This document shows, piece by piece, positions 25,264-37,585 of a stretch of DNA of 64,000 nt. How positions within the stretch are numbered: the stretch's first letter is position 1; each line of letters starts with the position of its first letter. The stretch is from the NCBI RefSeq assembly GCF_006345805.1, contig NC_043007.1, positions 1-64,000 of the forward strand. Reading direction: 5' to 3'. A model generated the notes under the pieces. That model did not search any database. It saw only the letters and a list, made by a program, of their open reading frames with translations, and had not been told where the DNA came from. Both the position numbers and the translations under genes were made by a program. The DNA is from Octopus sinensis (lineage: Eukaryota).

Positions 25264-26339
25264 CATCCTAATTACTGGCGTTAGTGTTAAGTATGTTAGA
25301 CAGACACAATGTACTTCTAATGGTAGGATTCCCATTGATTTATTACCAACCATTTGATAGTGTGCAAGCTGAGCCACTTTGCAGACTCATTTATCTACAT
25401 TAACAACATTCATTAGAATGACGCTTTTAATTTGAACCCAAAACTATAATTTCACAGGTCAGTTTGTCAATTATTCAGTCTAGTACAGTGATTTACTACC
25501 ACACTGTCGCCTTGTTTCTGTTTGATATGTGGTAATCTTTGAAACCTCATCAATAACTTTCAAATAAGAAATCGCCATAATTGTAGCTCTGGTTGTTGAC
25601 TGAAAATCGTACACAAGACACTAAATAACTGAATAATTGATTTACGAAGAAGACTGCTTTTTAAAAAGTAACGTACAAGTTACTATTCTTTCGCCAGTTC
25701 AAACTGGAAACATCTGCCAATATGTTTTTGAGAAAATGTAAAAGTAGAAACGAAATTATTAAAATACCTACTGACACAAATGCGTCGATACATAGCTCTT
25801 GAGAAAACTACACATAAGACTAGTCAGGTTGGAGAAACAACATAATGTAGCAAGTCGTATAATCAAATATACAGAACTGTCGGCTGTGAGCTTATAAAAT
25901 ATTCATTGAGAATAGCAAGTGTTTATATTAGTTTTTGGAATCTGTTAGCAACGAAGAACTTTTGCATAACTCATGTGATATCTATTAACTACAGAAATCG
26001 GAATTGTCCAAAAGCTAAGAGTAGAGCCAGAACTGTGCCAAATACATTGTTTTTAAGAAAAAACAGCACATAGGAAGCAAGCGAAAGATTGAAGCCAAAC
26101 TAATACTTAGTAATGGTAATTGGTAAAGTGTTGAAAGCAACCCCCCACCACACAGAGTTTATCTCTCTTTCTCTTTCCTTCTCTTTCTCTCTCTCTCCCT
26201 CTTATACATAGAACTATTACAAATCTTTATACCTCGAGTTCTCATGGAACCATTGAGTTGTCATCGCTCCCTGTGGTGTGCCTCTGGCATTGGTCTATGC
26301 GTGGTCATCATCGCTTTACCAGTTTGACAACATTCCATG

Positions 26340-26545
26340 TCGTCTTTCTTCGTGTTCTTGTTCTTGTTCGTGTTGTTGTTGTTCTTGATCTTCGTGTTGC
26401 TGCTGTTGTTTTTGTTGTTGTTCTCCTCCTTCTCCTCCTCCCCCTTCTTCTTATTCTTCTCCTCCAACTCCACCACCTTCTCCTCCTTCTTCTTTTTCTT
26501 CTTATGCTTCTCCACCTCCTCCACTTCCTTCTCCTCCTCCCCCTT

Positions 26546-26576
<31 letters not shown>

Positions 26577-26645
26577 TTCTTCTTCTTCTCCGCCTCCTGC
26601 ACCTGCCCTCCTCCTCCTCCTTCTTCTCCTGCTTCTTCTTCATAG
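26340..26645. repeat. (CTT/CTC/GTT)n low-complexity tract
   Basis: Direct reading; explains the poly-Lys/Arg/Leu pseudo-ORFs. Confidence 0.9.
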
Positions 26646-26840
26646 AGAGAGAGGGAGAGAAAGACGGAGAAGTTTCGGTCTTAATACATGACTGATATTT
26701 GAATTACCGATTCCAAAATAGTGAAACGCAAAGTTTACCTCGGCAGACATGGCGGGAACGTATACTGCAGGGCAATCAACTTCCAGGCCTAACGATACGG
26801 GCAATGCTGTTTGTGTATGTGCGATTTGGGGTGTATAGAC

Positions 26841-26916
<76 letters not shown>

Positions 26917-26975
26917 GTAAAAAAAAAGCTAGTTCTAAAGTCTCTCTAAGAGATCAACGCAGTAGTTGTACTGAC

Positions 26976-27352
26976 AAGTAATGTTCGTAGCCACTTCAAC
27001 ATGGCAGTTCCGTTCGAAAGGACTTTACTGCGACTTCTTAAGCCCAAGAGGACACCTCCTTTAGGGGGTTAACGCTTGAAATTATATATATTGTGGGCAG
27101 AAGCGAGCTACTATCATTTCGAGCTGACGAGATGTCTAGTACTGAAGAGAGGCAGAAATAGCGCGAAACTAAGACTGGTCTGCCGGTCCCGTCGCTAGAA
27201 GGTGGTAGGAGTTCGCTCCCCTGCTAGCAATATCTCGGATGCAGCTGTGCATCGTTAACAAGCTAAAGGAAATGCCCTCTTGGGGTTAAAAAATCGGAGC
27301 AAAGTCCGTTTTGAACGCAACAGCCATTTTGAAGTGGCTACGGACATTACTT
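26976..27352. mobile_element. ~380-bp foldback (long imperfect inverted repeat) element with a central hammerhead
   Basis: Outer ~90-bp arms AAGTAATGTTCGTAGCCACTTCAA...CCTTTAG / CTAAAGG...TTGAAGTGGCTACGGACATTACTT; weaker complementarity continues inward to the ribozyme. Confidence 0.8.
27136..27186 (+). ncRNA. Hammerhead motif at the apex of the foldback (HHR-5)
   Basis: CTAGTA CTGAAGA GAGGCAGAAATAGCGC GAAAC TA AGAC TG GTC TGCCGG. 4-bp stem III, GUC site; stem I decayed (CTAGTA vs expected CCGGCA); weak stem II. Confidence 0.65.
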
Positions 27353-29270
27353 CATAAGTAATAAAGTTTTACATGAGAAGTAGTTGCTGCTTGCACCACG
27401 GACGGGCGTAAAATGAATAAAAGCAAATTTCTGTTCGTGCCTATAGTTGTTGAGATGTACGGAGTCCTTGGTTCCCGGAATATTGTAGATTCCCGATGAA
27501 TCAACACGAAGGCATTGTGTTTGGAGAAAGCAGCACGTGAAGTAGTTGTTGGCTCTTTTTCCCTGCCAAAGATGAGGTATAGGCAGAGTCATTACATCGC
27601 CAAATAGCATGACTCTCAGTATATTTTGCAAGATTTAGCACTCTGTGTTCGTATTTAGCCGAGGTTAGACTTGCTTTTCGTCGTTTCGTTGATGGAAAAT
27701 AAAATAAAACACATCCCTCCATATTGGTGAGCAGCTGAATTATTGAGGCGTCGATTTAGCGTTATTTGTTCTAGCTCTTTGTGAACGCATGCAGCAGCAC
27801 TGGTGCTTAGTTGTATCAGCCTTACCTTGCATTTCGCTTCTATAAAACTTGTGGCGCCGAGAGGGCACACTTGCATTCATTACCAGCTCCTAATATTCCA
27901 CAAGGTAAAACCTTTTCCAAGCTTGTACATCCAAGTACAAACACACAGAAGCCTTAGACATCTTCGTGGTTGTACTTATTCTCCTATCGACTGGACGAGG
28001 TGGAGGAAAACCATTCAATAGAAATATATAGAAAAGTGTTTTAAAACACGTCTTGGCTTTTAGTGTAACTGTTATTATAGAATATCGCGAGCAAGCGTTG
28101 ACTGAAATGAATATAGTTTTATAATGGTAAATGGAAAAGCAGAAGAAACACAAATAGACTCTATGGGTATTGTAATAGCTTTTACGTGAAGTTAGGTGTT
28201 TCATGATAATTTAATTGTTAAAAGTTTTACACTAACTTATACTAAGTTATCGATGGCAGAAGACGAGTCATTCTAATTCTGTTATGTTATTCATTTGGTG
28301 GACAAAATGATGGTAAGAATTGTATAAACTTTTAGAAACTTATATAATCAACAGAAGGAAGATACGCTTCTCATATTTTATAAAAAAAATTGCTTAATAA
28401 AAAGTTCTAAAAAGTTAAAGCATTGTATGACTTCTGTGCATATAACTAAAATTCATTTCAGAATTTGGTTTAGAATAGAGGAGCCGTCGGCCATGCTATT
28501 TGATAAGCATATGATATGCATAAGGAGCATATCTTTGTATCCTTGTATAATATTAAGTATATGATTCGGTGGCATTGATTGAATTTCACTTCATATTAAG
28601 GAGAATACTTTTAGTCTTGAGTGTCCATATTTATATGGATAAATTTATGTCCCTGGATCTTTTGTGATTCTGAAATGTATGAACAAGTTGCTAAGATCGT
28701 ATTTCCAAAGTCGTCGTAACAAAACTAGCATTAAATTTCGAGACAATATTGAAATATACCATAGCACTATAAATATTTCTAGTTGTACATCTTTGCTTCA
28801 GTGAATCTTATTTTGGACCCTTAAGATTACCAAAATTTTGGTTAGCGTTTGACTTGTACAATTTACATTTCGATTATATTTGTCCGATTTTGGTTGCAAT
28901 GTTATAGATGGCAAAATTTCCATAGCAGTTTCAGGGAAATTTGAAACTGATTTCGGGATATTTGATTGAATGAGTTTATACCAGCGTCTTCTTCTTCTTG
29001 CAATCAGGAATCACGCCATTAGCCACAAAGAATAATCTCTAATTCGAGCCTACTCTAAGCTACTAAGAATGCGTGTGGCAACTTGAAGATCCATCCACCA
29101 CACGCGATAGACTGGCGGTTGCACGGGCGCGAAAGCTACGTTGTTATCCTCATTCCGTAAACCGTGGCTTTTAACAGGTGGAGAGCTGAACCATCCTGGG
29201 GTACAGAGGATTCGCAATCTAGACTAGGGTCTGAAATCTTACCACACCATGGTTCCTCTGCTTTGTGGCA

Positions 29271-29437
29271 GAAGTAGGAAAAAAGAGTTAGAGAAAGAGT
29301 ACAGCGGGGTTCACCACCACCCCGCGGAGCCTCGTGGAGCTTAGGTGTTTTTGCTCAATAAACACTCACAATGCCCGGTCTGGGAATCGAAACCGCATTC
29401 TTACGACCGCGAGTCCGCTGCCCTATCCATCCTCCAC
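29271..29437 (-). mobile_element. SINE group C, 5' part
   Basis: GGAGCCTCGTGGAGCTTAGGTG...GGGAATCGAAACCGC...CCTCCAC. Confidence 0.8.
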
Positions 29438-30026
29438 ACTGCTGCTTCTGCTTCAGATCTTATTATTCCTTCTATTAGGGTTAGACGTTGCATTTGATCT
29501 TCTAATCTAACTAATTTTGTAATTGAAATAACTATTTTATAAGGCGTCATTGTTATATGATACTAAGAGTGAGTCTTTAAAAATAGTCTCATTTGAAGTT
29601 ACGTTACGATATAATCTTTAACACAAAGGCGATATAAGTTCCGTAGGAAAATCTTCACATGTAATGGAATGACTTGTTAGATATTTTAAACTGTGTGAAC
29701 TGTGTGGGTAAGGCTGAGTGTAAATGAAGATGGTTAATTAAATTAAAGTTATAATCAAGCGTTACTTTCTATTTGCAGAACTGTTCGCAACCTATGACTT
29801 TTTGATGTCTGCGGTTGCTAGGAATTGTTAGGTCATCATCCCTACAGAGATTACCTATAGAATTGTGGAACATGGTATAAAGCCAACGTAGGATGTATAA
29901 TGTTATTATATTGTTAATTTCGACCGAACCCTCTCATCTCTCTGCTAAAAACAAAGCAATATTACAAAGACTTTTAAACCCTAATATTATATAATACAGA
30001 GTCTAGTTCTCGCATTCAAAGTAATA

Positions 30027-30799
30027 TTCTTTTCTATTCTAGGAACCAGGTCTGAAATTTTTGGGTAGAGGGCCAGTCGATTACATCAACTTCAGTACGG
30101 AACTGGTACTTAATTTATCGACCCCAAAATGATGAAAGGCAAAGTCGAACTCGGCAGAATTTGCAGTCAGAACATAGAGACAGACGAAATACCTATTTCT
30201 TTACTACCCACAAGGGGCTAAACACAGAGAGGACAAACAAGGACAGAGAAACGGATTAAGTCAATTATATCGACCCCAGTGCGTAACTGGTACTAATTTA
30301 ATCGACCCCGAAAGGATGAAAGGCAAAGTCAACCTCGGCGGAATTTGAACTCAGAACGTAACTGCAGACAAAATACCTATTTCTTTACTACCCACAAGGA
30401 GCTAAACACAGAGAAGACAAAGACAAATAAGGACAGACAAAGAGATTAAGTTGATTATATCGACCCCAGTGCGTAACTGGTACTTAATTTATCGACCTCG
30501 AAAGGATGAAAGGCAAAGTCAACCTCTGCGGAATTTGAACTCAGAACGTAGCGGCAGAAGAAATACCTATTTCTTTATTGCCCACAAGGGGCTAAACACA
30601 GAGAGGACAAACAAGGACAGACAAACGGATTAAGTCGGTTATATCGACACAAGTGCGTAACTGGTACTTATTTAATCGACCCCGAAAGGATGAAAGACAA
30701 AGTCAACCTCCGCTGAATTTGAACTCAGAACGTAACGGCAGACGAAAAACCGCAAAGCACTTCGTCCAGCGTGCTAACGATTCTGCCAGCTCGCCGCCT
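30027..30799 (-). mobile_element. SINE group A tetramer ending in a D-type tail
   Basis: One full head plus three truncated units, joined at GA(C/A)(G/A)AAATACCTATTTCTTTA. Confidence 0.88.
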
Positions 30800-31142
30800 G
30801 CAAAAACGGATAACCATCGTGAATGTCTTATTAAATTAGGTAGCAGTTCTTTTTTTGTTAGGAATGGAATTAAGAGGTTAGGGTCCTTTCCATGATAAGT
30901 TAATGATAGAGTAATTCTTTGGTTTTATCTAAAATATATTATAGTAGGAACCAGAAAGAGAAGTCTGAGCATGCAATGTGCATGTGCGGAAGAGAAGAAT
31001 GATGGTCTGCATGCCACGTTTGACACCACGATCCCGCAGCTTTGCTGTAATTTTCTTGGTTTTAAAAGTTGTTCTCTGTCCGTCTGTCTCTCTTTAATCC
31101 TCTTCTACAAACACTCATACGTCGAAATCGACGGGAGCGACC

Positions 31143-31183
<41 letters not shown>

Positions 31184-31186
<3 letters not shown>

Positions 31187-31480
31187 GGGGTCCCAATGCA
31201 AATACATAGATCCTTTTTCCAGTGACGGAAAGTCACTGATCTCCCCTTCGCATCGAAGGCCGATGATTGTCGTGCGCTGACGACGGGTAAATACCCAGAA
31301 AACCGGGTCCGTGCGTATCACGTCAGGTCGATGATGGGAAGGTTGGCTTCCCTTTGCAAATACTGATAGGGCACAGAATGTGTGTCGATAGCCAGCGGGA
31401 GAAGATGTTCTCCTGGGGCTAGAGGCTACAGCAGCATCCATCCTTAGTGGTTAGCCACATTTAAGTGGCAAATATACTTC
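31184..31480 (+). mobile_element. Structured GC-richer island between (TA)n and (CA)n; probable PLE pLTR / retrozyme-like
   Basis: Hairpins at 31220-31238, 31245-31259, 31336-31352, 31398-31413 and 31454-31469, plus a hammerhead-like motif. Confidence 0.6.
31272..31314 (+). ncRNA. Degenerate hammerhead motif (HHR-6)
   Basis: GTGCG CTGACGA CGGGT AAAT ACCCA GAAAACCGGGTC CGTGC; differs from the palindromic GAAACCGGTC type by one extra A and one extra G. Confidence 0.55.
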
Positions 31481-32338
31481 ACACACGCACACACACACAC
31501 ACATATATATATGTATCTATATATACGTATATATATATATATATATTTATGCTTCTTCCACCAACGGCACCATTGTTTACTATTTGCATTAGAAACTAAA
31601 AATAAACAAAAAATATTTGAATGTTTTGCTCTCCAAAGATTGATAGACAAGAAATGTATGTTCTATGTTTTATGACGATTTGTTTTGGATAAAATATTTA
31701 ATTCCATTACATAAATGACTAACTTGCCAGCAGTGCTTATTTTTCATTCTAGAGATTACTTTAATATTAAAAACAAACATAGGTTTCACGTCAGCAGTTT
31801 TTTACAACAGAACTAACGGCCAAACGTGTGACTAATATTCAACTCCGTCTACCCGGTTTACTTATAAATATAACAACACTTGTTATAAATATAATATTAT
31901 GAAGAGGCTCTAACACGTTGGATATATGATTGCTGATAAAAGTTAATAATATAGAAAGGCGGCTGTCTAGTCAATGCCTCTTTGCTGTACACCGTAAAGG
32001 AATATAATAAACGACGCAGATCTTTACGGCTGTTTCATGTGTCTGTTGCATTGGAATAATATATTTAAGTTACGAATACGGAGACAGATAAAATTTTCGG
32101 GTCTACCCTAAAATAATCTTTGGTATGCAAAATAAACACTGCTGACACGTCGATAATTTATGTAACAAAATTTTGGTGATATACTAAGTGATAACGGAGG
32201 TGTACTTGCATAGGAAGTGACCTTGTGTGAGGTCGTGTGCTGGAACGAAAACAATTGCAGAATGGAAGGTGTTTATAAGCCATTTAAAAATACAAAAAAA
32301 AAAATCCCGTTAGATTCGCTTCAACATTTAAATTTAAA

Positions 32339-32387
32339 TTGCCAAAATATTTTCGTCGCTTTGAAACTGCGACCTGATCACTGACAA
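32339..32387 (-). ncRNA. Variant hammerhead with compensated G3:C8 core (HHR-7)
   Basis: Minus strand: TTGTCA GTGATCA G GTCGC AGTTTCAAA GCGAC GAAA A TA T TT TGGCAA. Stem I 6 bp, stem II 5 bp, palindromic AATATT helix III, extra G after A9, triplet UUU. Confidence 0.55.
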
Positions 32388-32416
32388 AAAATTCTGTGAG
32401 ATGCAGGCAAGGAATT

Positions 32417-32465
32417 TTGTCAGTGATGAGGTCGCGGTTTCAAAGCGACGAAAATATTTTGGCAA
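32417..32465 (+). ncRNA. Inverted sister hammerhead with G3/G8 mismatch (HHR-8)
   Basis: TTGTCA GTGATGA G GTCGC GGTTTCAAA GCGAC GAAAATATTT TGGCAA. Confidence 0.45.
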
Positions 32466-32780
32466 ATTAAATTTAAATGTTGAAGTGAAACTAAAGTAAT
32501 GTTTCATATGAAAGCATATAAATTATTGTTGTTGCAAATGTTGTTTAGAATTAACTAATTCAACTCCGAGAAGCGATACACTCAGAAACACTTCCATCAT
32601 TGTTTTCATTCCGCCTTTTTGTGGTTATATAGGATTACGTTAACAAATGCTTCCTTCGTTTTTGAATATAGTATGCTGTAATTTTTGCGAAATTTGGATG
32701 TTATTTCTGAGTATCGCGCGACCAAATGTTGGTAATATGAATACACTCTGTCATATGAATACATAATATTGTTTTTTTCC

Positions 32781-33172
32781 TTGTTGATGTTGCTGTTGCC
32801 GTTGAGCGAACGGTCTTCGTCCCAGAGCTCGCAAGATGGGAGAAGTCCAAAACGTGGTCCTTTGCTACTCGCAAGACCCGCAGAAGAGAAAGCAGGTCAA
32901 CCCCCGACACGGAGAGCATCGACGGATGGATGAATGCGCATCTAGGCTCAGCAGTTGCGTAGGAAGTCGGGGATAAGAAACAGGAAGAAAGAGTGAGAGA
33001 AATTTGGGGCGAAAGAGTTCAACAGGGTTCGCCACAACCCCCTGTCGGAGCCTCGTGGAGCTTTTAGGTGTTTTCGCTCAATAAACACACAAAACGCCCT
33101 GTCTGGGAATCGAAACCGCGATCCTCCGATCGCGAGTCCGCTGCCCTAACCACTGGGCCATTGCGCCTCCAC
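32781..33172 (-). mobile_element. SINE group C, tail type 2, full length
   Basis: Complete tRNA head GTGGAGGCGCAATGGCCCAGTGGTTAGGGCAGCGGACTC..GGTTTCGATTCCC; (CAA)n-like tail. Confidence 0.92.
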
Positions 33173-34164
33173 TCGATGTTGCTGTGCCACTTTGTACATA
33201 GCAGATATATTGTCCGATGTATGGGTTGTCTTGTTAAGAAGCAAGGTTTAATCTTTAAGGAAATTTTAATTTGGTTGCTATTTCTAGAACGTCGAGAAGC
33301 CACGTGTTGGTCATCAACTTCCCTGTCTCGCTGAGTCTACAATAATCAAAATGTTATAAGCAGCGTTGTTTTGTGAATACCTTTTATTAATGTATGGTTG
33401 CTGTTGACATGTATTCCTGTTTGGCTGTTTGTTGAGGGAAAGGCAGTTTGTTCATAAATTAATAACTAAGAACTCCGATAATATCAGAAGTGTTAGTAGA
33501 TATACTTCGATTAGTCGTATACCAACTGTGATAGCATTGGCAGGAAACGAAGAATTAGTTGATAACGATATGACGTTTTGATTGAAAAATCTTCGCAGGT
33601 GTGGATTCTACAGAACACATCAACGCTTCACCTATAAAAGATTATGTTAAAGATGGTTAGCGAACAGTTGAATATAATTGGCAATCAGATAGACATCGTC
33701 GTCTGATTTACTACTAAAACAAGAAAGGAAGGCTGCATAAGCAATAAACGAACGGTTCCATAGAACAGTATTCTTCGGTTCCATTTTGTCTGGATATCTA
33801 ATTCTGCGGCAACTTTGCAATTTTATGTGACACTAATTTCTTGGCAAAGACATCATTACTATTACACAATTTAGTTTTCATTCCTAGCTGAAGATTATCC
33901 TTTTATAGTTAATAACCTCGAGAAAGAAAGCGAGGAATTTTACAATATACTGATTTTCTCCATTTAGAGTATTAGTTTCGCGTTGGAATAAATTAATGTG
34001 CATGGCTGTTGGTAAGGCCGAAATCACAGGCAGGATTTTAAACCATCATATTTATCAGCTGTCTTAGAAAATTAAAGTTAGATATTTAGAAATGAATTAG
34101 CAATGACAAAGGTTTCTGTTAATGAGTGATTGCATTACTCAGGCACGGTAGGTCCAGTGGTGAG

Positions 34165-34578
34165 ACGGCGGCGAGCTGGCAAAAATGTTAGCACGCCGGG
34201 CGAAATGCTTAACATTATTTCGTCTGCTGCTACGTTCTGAGTTCAAATTCCGCCGAGGTCGACTTTGCCTTTCATCCTTTCGGGGTCGATTAAATAAGTA
34301 CCAGTTATGCACTGGGGTCGATATAATCGCCATAATACGTTGTCTGTCCTTGTTTGTCCTCTCTGTATTTAGCTCCTTGTGGGTAGTAAAGAAATAGGTA
34401 TTTCGTCTGTCTGAACGTTCTGAGTTCAAATTCCGCCGAGGTCGACTTTGCCTTTCATCCTTTCGGGATCGATTAAATAAGTACCAGTTACGCACTGGGG
34501 TCGATATAATCGACTTAATCCGTTTGTCTGTCTTTGTTTGTCCTCTGTGTTTAGCCCCTTGTGGTTAGTAAAGAAATG
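34165..34578 (+). mobile_element. SINE group A dimer inserted as one unit
   Basis: A single 18-bp TSD GGTAGGTCCAGTGGTGAG (34147-34164 / 34579-34596) encloses both units. Confidence 0.92.
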
Positions 34579-34780
34579 GGTAGGTCCAGTGGTGAGGGCG
34601 AAGTTTGATCGAATGGTTCAAATGTTCGTTCCGTTACCAGGATGTGCCGTGTTCGATTCTACTTGGGCAAGTGTCTATCTTGAGTCTACTCTTGTCTTGT
34701 TAGTGAAAATGCATAGACAAACTGCAGAAATATGTGAAACCATCTCAAGTGGTTCAGAGGGAAAATAAAATTTCCGTTAA

Positions 34781-35380
34781 TTCTTTCTACTATAGACACA
34801 AGGCCTGAAATTTGTGAGAGTGAGGAGAGCCGATTTACACCGACCCCAGTGTTTCACCGGTACTTAATTGATCGACCCCGAAAAGATGAAAGGGAAAGTT
34901 GACCTCGGCGGAATTTGAACTTTGAACGTAGCGGCAGACGAAATACCTATTTCTTTACTATCCCCAAGAGGCTAAACACAGAGGGTACAAACAATGACAG
35001 ACAAACGGATTAAGTCGATTACTTCGACCCCAGTGCGTAACTGGTACTTAATTTATTGACCCCGAAAGTATGAAAGGCAAAGTCGACCTCGGCGGAATTT
35101 GAACTCAGAACGTAACGGCAGACGAAATACGGCTAAGCATTTCGCCCGGCGTGCTAACGTTTCTTATTTTCTTATTGCCCACAAGGGGCTAAACATAAAG
35201 AGGACACACATGGGCAGAGAAAGGGATTAAGTCGATTACATCGGCTCCAGTGCGTAACTGGTACTTAATGTATCGACCCCGAAAGGATGAAAGGCAAAGT
35301 CGCCCTCGGCGGAATTTGAACTCAGAACGTAACGGCAGACGAAATCCTGCCCAGCATTTCGCCCGGTGTGCTAACGACTC
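34781..35380 (-). mobile_element. SINE group A/D multimer
   Basis: Three cores, two heads, D-type terminal tail. Confidence 0.85.
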
Positions 35381-36425
35381 TACTTTACAGAGTATGCGGT
35401 GATTTTACTCATAAATAACGTTACTGGTTTATTTATCGAATTCCGGTTGATACCAGTTCAAACTCTTGATATATTTAGAATAGGGTCCACTTTTAATCCT
35501 ATATTGATTTCTCATATTCTATGCTAATATAACCTCTATGAAAGTTATATTTCGCAATATCCTATTCTTCAAACGCTGAGTACAAGCTACTGAGATTGTA
35601 TTCAGAAAATCAATGTTAAGAATGTTATTGATACATTCTGTTCAGTGATGCTGTTGACCTTTTTATATTCCAACAGGTATTACAGTTTTGTATTATATTT
35701 TGGGGTGATAAAATACAATATCATTAGAATACTAGGACCGCTTATAATGTATTTGTCACATACATTACTATACAAATATCTATATTGTTTCCCATATGAA
35801 AATCCATATAAATCATTAGGAATTATATGACTTCTTGGACCCGACAGAAATGCATCATATTATCGGACAAGGGTGTAGCTTCTGATTGCATGGCATATAC
35901 GCAGATTACGAGGCATAAAAAACGTAAGTGAAGTGTGATGGTTTCATGCAGATATCAGCTTCCCATTCTCAAAGTCTATGACGATCTCCATGTACACACA
36001 CACACAGATATTTGATAAAGGATTTCTCCTTTGACATTAACCAGAGATTTGTAGAAGAGAAATATAATCGATTAAGTCTGTTCCAATATGGTATTTAATT
36101 TATCAATGACTGGGAGTTAACACATCAACCACAGAAAGATCAAAGGTAAAGCGTTTTCCGGATTTGTACTCCAAACGCAGAAGAACGAATTAAATAGCGA
36201 AAAGCGTTATTGTTCGATACCGAACTGGTTCTGTTAACCGCTACCCCGAAATATCATGTCAATAAATATGATATAGGACACTTTATACGTAATAATAGGA
36301 CTTTTTCTTAAATTTTATATACAACATTTGTGAAGAATAATAATAGCTTCGTTGGTTAAAGTTTTCCAGCGGCTCAGTCACTGGTTCGCTGCGTTATCTA
36401 TATTATACTTAAGATTTATTATATA

Positions 36426-36824
36426 CTAGCAGGATCGCCCGGCGTTGCTCGGGTTTGTAAGGGAAATAACTATATAAGCATTTTTAGAGATGTAAAGTAT
36501 AATAGCCATCTCAATATGGCTAACACGAAGGGGGTGGTGGTGTTACTGTAGCTTTTTACGTTCCGAGATTTAATAATAAATTTTTAGAGAGTTACTTCCC
36601 TTATATATGCCAAAAATGCATTAAAAATGGGAAAAATTGATGGTAAATTATTTTTAAAATCGTAGACTCATCGTAGACGCGCGCTAATACCCAGAAGGGC
36701 TCGATATGAATCACAACTATAAGATACCCGGTTTTGGTTAAACTGCACCGCAAAATGTGGGAGTAGTTAGGAATCTAAATCGTAGGAGACAGACAGCACA
36801 CAACCTCACTTTTATATATAAAGA
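36426..36824 (-). mobile_element. Non-autonomous Helitron family H2
   Basis: 5' TCTTTATATATAAAAGTGAGG; 3' hairpin CCCGAGCAACGCCGGG then CTAG|T. Confidence 0.85.
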
Positions 36825-37213
36825 CTAGCAGTATCGCCCAGCGTTGCTCGGGTTTGTTTCGACCCTTTAGAATTGGAATTTTTGAAAAGTATAAATGTTG
36901 CATTTTGTAGCTTGTTATTCTCTTTAAGTGAACATTTTTCTGGTTGAAATACACTGAAAAATCGCAACACAGCAGTCAAAAATCGTAAAAAATAGGGATT
37001 TTCATAGAAAAACCCCACCTTTTTTATGTAAATAATTTTTGGTGTTAACATGGTCCGATTTGAATTTTTTCTCCTGCAGAAGGAAGAGCAAGCCTTCTTC
37101 TATCATACTTTCAATTTTGGTCAACTTGCGTCGCAGGGTCTCGGAGGAGATAGTGTTAGTTGAAGGCTACCAGACCTGCCACACACAGACAACTTCAGCT
37201 TTATATAGAGAGA
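36825..37213 (-). mobile_element. Non-autonomous Helitron family H1, fused to H2
   Basis: A|TCTCTCTATATAAAGCTG 5' end; its CTAG end abuts the TC start of H2. Confidence 0.88.
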
Positions 37214-37419
37214 TAAGTGTGAGTGGAATGCACGCGCGCAAATAACTGTGTGTGAGTCTTTCAATTTGAGCGGGTTTTGTGGAGCTTCACAGAGAGAAGG
37301 TGAAAGCAAATGAAAAGGTATTGACAGGACGCTGTAATTATTAAGATATAAACCCTCTGCCTAAACTATTGTTGGTCCGTCACCAGGATGCGCTACTAGC
37401 GCGCTGCTCGGCCTTGCGT

Positions 37420-37585
37420 TACATGTTGCCGATGAATATGGCTTCCTTCATCAATCTTCTGGTCTCTTGAGATATTTCGTACAAGACAGTTTCTGCTATT
37501 ATCAAGCAATATCATTAAATCTAGCCTGGCATTCTGATACAAGTCGGTTACAATAAATCTCTGCTACAGATGTGTGATCAACCAG
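37420..37585 (-). pseudogene. Decayed Penelope-like endonuclease C-terminus
   Basis: DHTSVAE...QARFNDI (frameshift) IIAE...TRRLMKEAIFI, resembling the PLE GIY-YIG tail (SAVAEH...R..KEAI.I). Confidence 0.45.

Larger units (their letters stand above)
32311..32493. repeat. ~183-bp imperfect palindrome (arms ~83 bp, 17-nt spacer) made of two inverted hammerhead-like modules
   Basis: 32311-32394 complementary to 32412-32493 with few mismatches. Confidence 0.92.

Noticed and set aside
27827-27890. Possible small minus-strand exon ending AAG|GTAAGG
   Set aside because: Acceptor is weak or ambiguous and the peptide is unrecognisable.
28300-29030. Decayed coding-like minus-strand stretch (similar at 62700-63500)
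   Set aside because: Frequent stops and no diagnostic motif; probably ancient transposon debris but unassignable without a search.
33095-33172. tRNA-like sequences at SINE heads (also 42530-42606, 54140-54218)
   Set aside because: They continue into SINE bodies with TSDs and lack a complete acceptor stem; not tRNA genes.
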